Assembly (NCBI RefSeq): GCF_006345805.1
Contig: NC_043011.1
Span: forward strand, 60,028,464-60,092,463
Direction: 5' to 3'
Origin: Octopus sinensis
Taxonomy: Eukaryota
DNA: 64,000 nt
This document shows positions 54,723 through 64,000 of this stretch, in pieces (positions within the stretch are counted from its first letter, which is position 1; the number at the start of each line of letters is the position of its first letter). The notes beneath the pieces are model-generated. The model saw only the letters and a program-made list of their open reading frames with translations, searched no databases and was not told the DNA's origin. The translations under genes were made by a program, and so were the position numbers.

Positions 54723-54904
54723 GAGAGTGAGGAAGAGAGAATGGAGGAAGTGGGGGAAACAAAGAAGGGGACAGACAGAGAAGAGGAAGAGGAGAATAGA
54801 AGTGAGGAGAAAGGGAGGGAGAGGGAAGGATGAAAAAGAGAGGAAGAGGAGATAGGAAAAGAGGGAGTGGAAAAAGAGAGGAAAAGAGAGAGAGGGAGAG
54901 AAAG
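54723..54904. repeat. Polypurine (G/A) tract
   Basis: ~180 nt nearly all A/G on the + strand. Confidence 0.85.
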
Positions 54905-55574
54905 TGGTTTTGTTACTTTGGTGATTAGCTAATAAAGAAAAACATCAGTGATAACACAGTTAAATTTTTTTTTTTTTTCGTTACCGACAAAGGGCACACA
55001 AGGTGCAAAATATCAAGATTCATCACTCTTCATGTCAAGTGAACTTATCAAACACCTTTATGAACTTTATAGGTTTATTTGTTAAGTCTTATAGGAGGCT
55101 ACTTATTTTGAGACACGTGAATAAAAACAGAGATTTATGTTTCGATATTGCTCAAAGGATCCATTTGTTACTGTGATTCATTGCTAGAACAATTCCTTTC
55201 AATAGAGAATGGAATATAAATAAGAATACCATATTATACACAACAATAAATCTTCCAGTAATTGATACGTAAGCAGTAAACATAATATATCAAAGGTTTA
55301 GCTATTTGATTTTTCTTTCTGTTACCAAACTATAATGAAAATGTTCCTTGATCTTCTTAATATTCATTAAGTAACCACTGTGTAATCTAGTGACAGGAAT
55401 AAAAGTGTGTGTCATGACATAGACATGACTAGGTAGTAAATTTAACTTTGCAATCATGTAATTCTGGGTTCAATCCGACAACACAGTACCTTAAGCAAGC
55501 CTCATCTTAACCATTACTGCATTAGCGGAACTTGTTAGAGAGAAACTATGCAGAAGACCATCATGTGTTATACT

Positions 55575-55784
55575 CTTTTACTTGTCTCAGTCATTTGACT
55601 GTGGCCATGCTGGAGCACCACCTTTTAGTCAAATAAATCCATCCCAGGACTTATCCTTTGTAAGCCTAGTACTTATTCTATCGGTCTCTTTTTGCCAAAC
55701 TGCTAAGTGACGGGGATGTAAACACACCAACATCAGTTGTCAAGCAATGATGGGGGACAAACACTGACACAAACAACAAATGCA

Positions 55785-55823
<39 letters not shown>

Positions 55824-55932
55824 CAGGCTTCTTTCAGTTTCCGTCTACCAAATCCACTGACAAGGCTTTGGTCGGCTTGTGGCTATAGTAGAAGACACTT
55901 GACCAAGGTGCCATGCAGTGGGACTGAACCCA
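55575..55932 (-). mobile_element. OR-like SINE, 5'-truncated
   Basis: Reverse complement of the tail and body motifs, with internal (TA)n. Confidence 0.8.
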
Positions 55933-56369
55933 TTCTAGCATAGGCATTGAAATTTTCAGACTAAAATATACAGCCAAAAGAGGTTGAGAAACTTATAGAG
56001 GAAGAAGAATTTTAGAGGACCAAGAATTCCATGTGAAGTGCAACAGGATTTGGAAAGATAGCGATGGAATCTGAATGCTTATACTGTATACAATACTAAC
56101 TCTTATATTGGAAAATACTGTGTGTGTGTATATATGTGTGTGTATGTGTGTGCGTGAGTCTTTTGCTAATATGCAACAGTGAAGGATATATACATCAGCA
56201 TTGTTTAAAAAAAACTGCTTTACAGATCTGCACTGAGCTGCACAGATATCTTCTTGATGCTCTCACCTTCAGAAATTCCACAAATCAGTGACTGTTCAAG
56301 TGGAAACCTGTAACTTAAAATCACATTTTCAGCAATTGCAATAGCAGATGAAATAAAATAAAATCTCAC

Positions 56370-56522
56370 CTTTCGAGGTAATTTGATGATCCAAGATGGT
56401 GGAATGATGATGTTACTGTGGACGCCAAGGGTACATTGTTCTTCAAAGTGTCGCATCATAAAGCAAGTGATTTTATTGTGGTAAGCCATTTTGCACCAGG
56501 AACAACTGATAGCAATGATTTC
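56370..56522 (-). CDS. DGKZ: Diacylglycerol kinase type IV (zeta/iota, rdgA-like), internal coding exon: C-terminal half of C1b domain
   Basis: 153 nt = 51 codons: [51 protein letters not shown]. Matches human DGK-iota as I recall it ([48 protein letters not shown]). Acceptor ttgttgcag|GAA, donor AAG|gtgaga, phase 0/0. DGKZ stands for the invertebrate co-ortholog of DGKZ/DGKI. Confidence 0.96.
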
Positions 56523-56688
56523 CTGCAACAAGAAAATGGTTACATGAAAATATTTTCAAATAGATCACAATGAATTTTTCTTTGTTTATATTGATTTCAG
56601 CCACTAAGACTGTTGCCAAGCTGGGGCACTGCTTTCAGAGGCATTTAGTTAATTTTATTAACCCAAGTATTTTGTCTTATTTTTATTT

Positions 56689-56727
<39 letters not shown>

Positions 56728-56999
56728 GTAAATAAGATTCTGGTGAAAACCTTGTCGTATGCTATGTAAAACTTTCCCACAGTTATTGGCTACCTGAGGT
56801 CATCATACAATGGAAATGCTTCTGCTACTGGATATATCGAAACAAATGTAGTGATTTTAAATACTGAAAGTGAAAATGTTGTTCAAACCATTTCTATTAT
56901 CTGTCTGTCTGTATGTATGTATATAAATGTGAGTGTGTGTTTGTGTGTGTGTATATATATATACACACATGTGCATATATATTGCTTGTTTTTATGTTC

Positions 57000-57720
57000 A
57001 GTTATAATAATAGCAATTTTAAATTAATCTGATAGGTTACTTTATACTTATGTAGAGTACAAATTTATTATTCTTATACAAGATTGTCGTTGATAATGAC
57101 TTTGGTCAAAACCAGTCAAGCTATCGTTGAACTGCTGTGCATCAGAGTTAGTCTTGCTTTTATATAATCTCTGTTGGGTTAAAAGCATCTTTGGGTGTGT
57201 AGGTGGTGATTAGGTGTTTGCTGTCAGCTGTTATGGAAAGGTGTTTTTGAAAAAATTTTATTGATTAAATTTCAGCTTATGCTATTGTTTAGAAATTATT
57301 CATATTTGGTAGAACTTTGAAAACAAGATTTTAAGTGTTTCTTTTCATTTGTTAGATAGGCATAAGCTGTGACAGTAATTTTGTTGCTTTTAGTATTATT
57401 GGATATGATTCCTTTGCTTTGACAAAATAAAGGTCATGATACAAAGTTCAATACTTAATCCCTTACAAATTGGGTGTGTCAACTTTGTTTTCACAAAAGA
57501 ATATAGGTAGGTGGTAAGTAAGTTTAGGCTGGTCCTGTCTTTACTTGTGGTTATTGTTATTTTGAGTATTTCCAGGTTTTCATTTGTATGGTTGGGGTTA
57601 TAGGTCAGGCATATTATGGGTTTGTTAGTATAGAAAATTATTTCTCTTGTGCTTTGATGTTCACAAACATATTTGAGTAAAGATTCTACCTTTATATGTT
57701 TCTCTCTAAAAGTTCATTGT
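57000..57720 (-). mobile_element. Decayed Penelope-like RT remnant
   Basis: Minus-strand fragments ENLEILKITITTSKDRTSL and FLNNSIS*NLINKIFSK resemble the PLE RT C-terminal motifs (FLDxxI...TSLY; FLxRGYPxxLIxxxF). Many stops. Confidence 0.4.
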
Positions 57721-59088
57721 TCTATAAGCAATTTGATTAGTCTATGTGTACATATGTGAATGTGTGTGTGTATATATATATACATATACATATATATATA
57801 TATATATATATCTATATATATACACATATACATATATATATATATCTGAGACATGATTATAGACTGCTGATTTCAAAGAGAATTTCTCAAATTTATTACA
57901 GTCTTTCTATATTTTAAACATTGTTGGTTTGATTTGATATGAATTCAACTCAATTATATCACAATATTTTTTTGTTCGTTATTTTATAATTTTGAAACTG
58001 TTGACCTTTAATCAGATTGATAGAAAATATTTTAAAGAAATTTATTTGTGAATTACTTTGTGACCTTTAACTGTAAGAATTAAATAAATTGTTGCTTAAC
58101 CAGAGATTAAATTATAAGTACATGTTTTTATTTTCCAACAAAGTGAAATATACTAATTAACAGAGTAATCAAATCATAAAGAATCAAACAAAACATGAAA
58201 ATATGCTAAGACTGGAACCCATGTTTATAAATGTTGTCAGTGCAACATTGTAACAAACACTGTCATGTGAATACTGCATGTGACTGGTTCCAAAGAAAAA
58301 CCAAAGACACTCTAAAACTGATGAATTTCAGTATCAACACACACACACACACTCTCTCTCTAAATATGTGTGTGTGTAAATCAGTGGTTATGTCAGTGTG
58401 CATATATGATAGAGTGAAAATGATTTGAGAGAAAAACTGTGAACACGAAGTAGTAGATGTAATGTGCAAGAGAGAGAACTGCGCTGGTACAGTTATGTAA
58501 TGCATAAGGATGAGGTCAGCCACATCAAGTACTGATCTCTAATTGTGGTGGGCATGTGCAGAGGGGTAGACCCAGGAAGATGTGTGATGAAGTGATGAGA
58601 AAGGATCTTCAAGATGTTGGGCCTCACAGAGGGGATGACAAGGGACTAAGCAATCCTAATCGTGCAGGCTCATGGGTACTGGTACCACAAAAAAAAAGCA
58701 CCCATAATGATGCCATGTAAAAGCACCCATGTCAGTCCTGCACAAAAGTACCCATGCTGGTGCTGCATAAAAGCACCCTGTACACTCTGTAGAGCGGTTG
58801 GCATTAGGAAGGGTATCCAGCCATAGAGACCATGCCAGAACAGACACAGACCCTGGGGAGTGCTCCAGTTGACCAGCTCTGGCCAAACTGTTCAACTCAT
58901 GCCACCATGGAAAATGGATGTTAGAAAATGATGATAATGTGTGTGTGCCTATGTATGTATATATGCTTATATGCGTCTATATGTATACATTTATGTACAT
59001 TTAAGCACCTATGGATGTATACTTTTGTTCCTGTGTTTTATATTGATACATATGTCTATGCATGCATGTGAATCCATGAACATAATAA

Positions 59089-59470
59089 GGTGCAGGCATG
59101 GTTGTGTGGTAAGAAGCTTGCTTCCCAACCACATGGTACCAGGTTCAGTCCCACTGCGTGGCACTTTGGGCAAATGTATTCTACTATAGCCTTGGGCTGA
59201 CCAAAACCTTGAGTTGATTTGGTAGATGGAAACTGAAAGAAGCCCATCTGTGTGTGTGTGTATGTATGTTAGTGTGTCTGTGTTTGTCCCCACCACCAAT
59301 GCCTGACAACTGACGTTGGTGTGCATACGTCCCCGTAATTTAGTGGTTCGGCAAAAGGGACCGATAAAATAAGTACTAGGCTTACAAAGAATAAGTGCTG
59401 GGGTGATTTGTTCAACCAAAAGTTGTGCTCCAGCATGGCTACAGTCAGATGACTCAAACAAGTAAAAGAA
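59089..59470 (+). mobile_element. Full-length OR-like SINE
   Basis: Same head, body and tail motifs as 30938-31363. Confidence 0.85.
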
Positions 59471-59564
59471 TAATGTATTGATGAGTGTGAATATATGTAT
59501 GCGTATGCGTTTGTACATATTGTATTTCTGTTCACTAGCACTCTTGGTTACGTATGTGTGTATG

Positions 59565-59723
<159 letters not shown>

Positions 59724-60362
59724 TATACATATATATATATATCTATCTTTAAATCTTCCTTATGTGTTTATTTATTTATTTATCTATAGAATGATGTAAC
59801 AAGCAAACCATTTGCAAAATATGCATTATCCAGGTGACATAGCAATTGTTTATATAATTTGTTCCAGAACAATTCAGGAAAATACCATTATCACTGGTAT
59901 ATAAATATATGACCCCTTGATTTGAAACCAATTTGGTAAGTGCCAATGCATGAAACACATGGTCCTGGAGTCACTCAGTAACTTATGCCGGTTATTAATA
60001 AAAAATGTGTATATATTCATATATACATGAAAGAGCCTATATGTAGTTAAATGTATGGCATGATAATCAATATTTTATCTTCGCTTACATAAAGCGTATC
60101 GCACTTTACCACGAGAAAATACTGAATATTTTATACCCGTAATCCACACCATTCATACTCTACATACATGATGTGTGTTTACATATGATGGGTAATTGGA
60201 TATATATATATATATGTGGATGTATATATATGTGTGTCCATATATATGCAATCAAACACAAACACTGGCACACACACATATATATATATATGTATATATA
60301 TATGTATAACGAAAGGCACTCAATATGGAAGCAGAGTGTAAATATTTATCAAAGAGCTAAGA

Positions 60363-60393
<31 letters not shown>

Positions 60394-62569
60394 TTCTGTC
60401 TTTCTGTCTTCTTACGCACAAGTTCAGAGTTTCACATAAGCTACTGATCGCATAACTGGTTTACGATATGTTAGACACAATATTTATAACGAATAATTCA
60501 TGAGGAGTCAGTCATTGACTGGGAAATGAGTCAGCCGCAAGCAAAGCTAAGTGAAATCGTGGCCATCATACATGCATGCATATCTTTGAAAGCCACGCCA
60601 CACCACCATCACCACCACCACCACATTATCCGACCTCTGTCCGAACTCCCTCATCTTCCCAACACTTGCTGTAGCCCCTCCTCTCCATTTTCTCTCTCAT
60701 GTGCCTATCTGCACACTCTTCATGTCCTCACATATCTTTCCTACCCCACTCATCATCAGCCCTCATACCCCCTATGGAACATCTCCCTCTATCCCCTCCG
60801 TATCATTCATACTACTCCCACTGTTCTCTGTAATAGGCCTCCCCCCCATACATCTCCTGCACCACTTATTTCTCTCTCTCTCTCTCAATCTGTCTCTCTA
60901 TTTCTCCCTCTAAACTCTTCCCACCTTCGATCTCCTACTATGTCTGTCCCCCTATTATGCCTTAACCTCTTGCCTAGTACACAACCCGCTTCCCTTTGCT
61001 TCACTTTCTCACTCAACTAAGAGGTCCTTGTCCACAAAGTTACCTGGTGACCCAACTGGTGCCATGTGAAAAAAACACTTGTGCTGGCGCCACATAAAAA
61101 GCAGTCAGTACACTCAGTAAAGTGAGTGGCACCAGGAAGGACATCCAGCTGTAGAAACCATGCCAAAATAGATGATTTGATCCTGGTACAGCTCTCTGGT
61201 TTACCAGCTTATGCCATCATCATCACTAAATGATGATGATGATAAGTTTCGAGATAAAAATTCTATGTGGTGAATCAGAGTGAAAAAAATTAAAAAAAAA
61301 GGAAAAGCCACAGAAATTTTATGTTGACAGTTTTGTCTCAACTGAGCACCTTGGTCAAGTGTCTTTTACTATAGCTTCAGGATGACCAAAGCCTTTGTGG
61401 ATAGACTTGGTAGATGGGAACTGAAAGTAGCCCATTGCATATGTGTATATGTATGCATGTGTGTGCCAACTGGTTTCATTTATGTTAATCACGACTAAGT
61501 AGTTATGTTACAATTTCATGCTATCTTAAGTTTTCAATCCATGTTAATAGGAGGAGGGACATTTTGTAAATGACTCATGAGGCAAAATACATGTATGCAA
61601 CAATAGAGAAGGAAATTTCATGAAAATTCAGACATTTTGCATCCATTTTTCTATATTTCTATCTATTTCTCTTTCTCAGATATCATCATCATGATTCTAA
61701 CATTCACTTTTCCATGCAGGCATCGATCAGATGGAGTTTATTGAAGCAGATGAGTGGGCACCCTTCCTATTGCCAACACTCACCTCAAGTATCTTTTATA
61801 ATAGAAGACCCTTACCTAAGGGACCATGCAGTGATGCCTAGGGCAAGTGAATCCTATTGTAGTGCTGTGGTTGGGAAGTCAACTTCATACCACACAGCTA
61901 AGTCTAAGCTTACATATATATCATAGAAAGAAAAGGAAAAACCCACCAAATAAAAATACAGGCTGATAGATAGTTGGATAGAGAGATAGCACAGTTGGAC
62001 CTAAAAGGCACTCAATCAGTTTCTACATAAGTGTTTTTGCTGAAAGCCAAAAGAAGACCTACTCAAGTGTACATGTGACTGTGCAGGTATGGTGAAGAAG
62101 TTTGCTTTGCAACCACACAGTTCCAGAGCAAGAGTCTTCACTTATAGCCTTAGGGTGACCAAATCCATGTGAGTGAATTTGGTAAGCAGTAATTGAAAGA
62201 AGTCCATTTTATGTATGTGTGTGTGTGTGTGTGTGTATGCTGAGATTGAAAAGAAACATTAAACTAAGTAAAAACATGGTGGCCCTTGTATACAGGCTTT
62301 CCCTTGCAAAGCTCTCCAGCAGAGCATCCCTAATGTTGTGGGCTTGTAAGTGCTGGTGCCACACAAAAAGCATCCATGATGGTGCTGAATAAAAGCACTC
62401 AGTAAACTCTGTAAAGTGGTTGGCGTTAGGAAGGGATCCAGTTGTAGAAACCATGGCAAAATAGACATGGAGCCTCAGCTCCTGTCAAACTACCCAACCC
62501 ATGCCATCATGAAAAATAGACGTTAAATGATGATGATGATGATGATGGAGGAGTGGATATGTGTTTTAA

Positions 62570-62805
62570 AGTCTCCCTGTCTTGACATCGTATGACAGTT
62601 GCAAACGAGTGTGACAGTCATACATGCTGTGTTGTTCCTTTCTAACATTTTGAAAAAATATACATGGCAATGGGAAAATATCACTTGGCTTGGAAACAGG
62701 TGAGGGTTAGCATAAAGAAGGGCATATGATCATAGAAAATCTGTCTTGATAAACTTTAGGTGACCCGTGCAAACACGGAAATGTGGATATTAAAATGATG
62801 AAGAT
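62570..62805 (+). mobile_element. Second (GAT)n-tailed SINE-like family
   Basis: TTGACATC...GGAAATATCACTTGGCTTGGAAACAGGTGAGGGTT...GAAAATCTG...GGATATTAAAATGATGA. Relatives at ~17720-17950, 21385-21460 and 50500-50720. Confidence 0.6.
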
Positions 62806-62932
62806 GGAAAAGAGAGAGGAAGAAGATATTTTTCAGACAGTTTATCTAAGATTACATCGTCCGACATGTCTTTTTTCCCTTTTAAGATGGATTATGGTTT
62901 GAGAAACATTTGATTGCTATTTCTATCTGTAA

Positions 62933-63640
62933 AAGCTGGTTAAGATCAAGCAAATGACAAGCAAGTCTGTAGTAATGAGTGGAATATTTGCTGTAGCCTA
63001 TCTTTTACACCAAGACAAATCATGATAACACTTCCAATCAGTAATGATCAGAAGCCATGAGAGCCACTGCCTGGCACTGCATCAGGGCATTTACTATTAT
63101 TAAGTGAGAGAACAGTGCATGTCATCAAAGTGACAATGGGGTACAAATATATGAAGCCCAATATACCCATCCGATAAGGGTACAACACACGCGCATGACA
63201 TGGCAATCTCATATCAACAGTGCATGACCTTGCAGGTAGGGCCCAGTTAGAATTTTCTGTAGGTTGAGTAACCCATCCCACTCAAAAGGTCCCCAAATAA
63301 GGGTTGTTTAAGGATGTTGAATGAAATACCCAGGCTACCACAGGTGAATTAAATCCCAAAGAATTCCTCTCAACACATGGCTCTGATCACTTCTACTTGT
63401 GATCAGAGATGCACATATCGTCAGCCACCAAGGGACAGGGTCAACTGGTTATGGTCAAACAACTGACAAGCAAATCCGTGGTATTGAGCAGAATATTTGC
63501 TGTAGTCCATCTTTTATACCAAGACAAAACAATGTACATGATAACACTTCCAATCAGTTAAGATCAGAAGCCATGAGAGCCACTGCCTGGTACTGCATTG
63601 TTATTATTATTATTATTATTATTATCATCATCATCATCAT
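62933..63640 (+). mobile_element. Head-to-tail pair of a (TTA)n-tailed retroposon: 5'-truncated copy plus long copy
   Basis: A ~150-bp 3' end (…ATCAGAAGCCATGAGAGCCACTGCCTGG.ACTGCAT) at 62933-63090 recurs at ~63443-63598. Spacer TTACTATTATTAA; tail (TTA)n(TCA)n. Confidence 0.7.
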
Positions 63641-64000
63641 CATTATTGTGTTTAGAACATGGACTAACACAAAATTACGAAGGAAGATTTTAATTTAGAT
63701 CATTTGAAACATGAAGTCTCTATCACGGAACCAGGAGCAGTTTCAGGAGGCTTATTATGAAAAGGTTTTATGCACAAAACTGAAAATAGAAAGGTTACTT
63801 GCTATATTTATCATTAAAATGGTTTATGCTAACAATATCTATGCAGTAACCTATTGGTTAAAACAGATCCAACAGAGGTTATCATCATCTGCCATAAATA
63901 CAAAGTCTGACTTTTTGTGCACTTTTAGTTAGACTCAGTAATTGAAATTAGCCATGATATGAAGCTGATCTAAACACTTTTGGAAGGGTAAAATCAATAC

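Noticed and set aside
56720-56800. Minus-strand ...NNCGK... as a possible upstream C1 exon
   Set aside because: No HHWVHR or other C1 similarity, and an in-frame stop follows; the upstream exon lies beyond the window.
60526-61020. 164-aa His/Pro/Ser/Leu-rich ORF
   Set aside because: Pyrimidine-rich 3' region of the RTE-tail element; a related reverse copy lies at ~31640-31960.

Overview
AT-rich, microsatellite- and SINE-dense animal genomic DNA. The repeat families look like octopus (coleoid cephalopod); I recognised them from memory, not by database search. The only host gene I can support is a type IV diacylglycerol kinase (DGK zeta/iota, Drosophila rdgA-like) on the minus strand. Three coding exons lie here, with canonical GT-AG sites and consistent phases: 56522-56370 (second half of C1b), 26673-26435 (MARCKS-like basic segment plus start of the catalytic domain) and 15245-15071 (GGDGT and LPLGTGNDL motifs). 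The two complete introns are 29.7 kb and 11.2 kb, and the gene continues past both window edges. The rest is intron filled with tRNA-derived SINEs, RTE-tail elements, piggyBac-like MITEs, Helentron/Helitron-like elements, decayed RTE, R4/Dong and Penelope retrotransposons, and simple repeats. Highlights: (1) a Penelope GIY-YIG ORF followed by a nearly intact hammerhead ribozyme at 40965-41051; (2) a TSD-flanked fold-back element built from hammerhead halves at 30647-30833; (3) SINE chains that sit inside (TAA)n microsatellites, in a window that also holds R4/Dong RT remnants, suggesting a microsatellite-targeting LINE/SINE partnership; (4) an inverted SINE pair just downstream of the lysine-rich exon; (5) a near-identical 392-bp tandem duplication. 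Many supplied ORFs are microsatellite or repeat translations.
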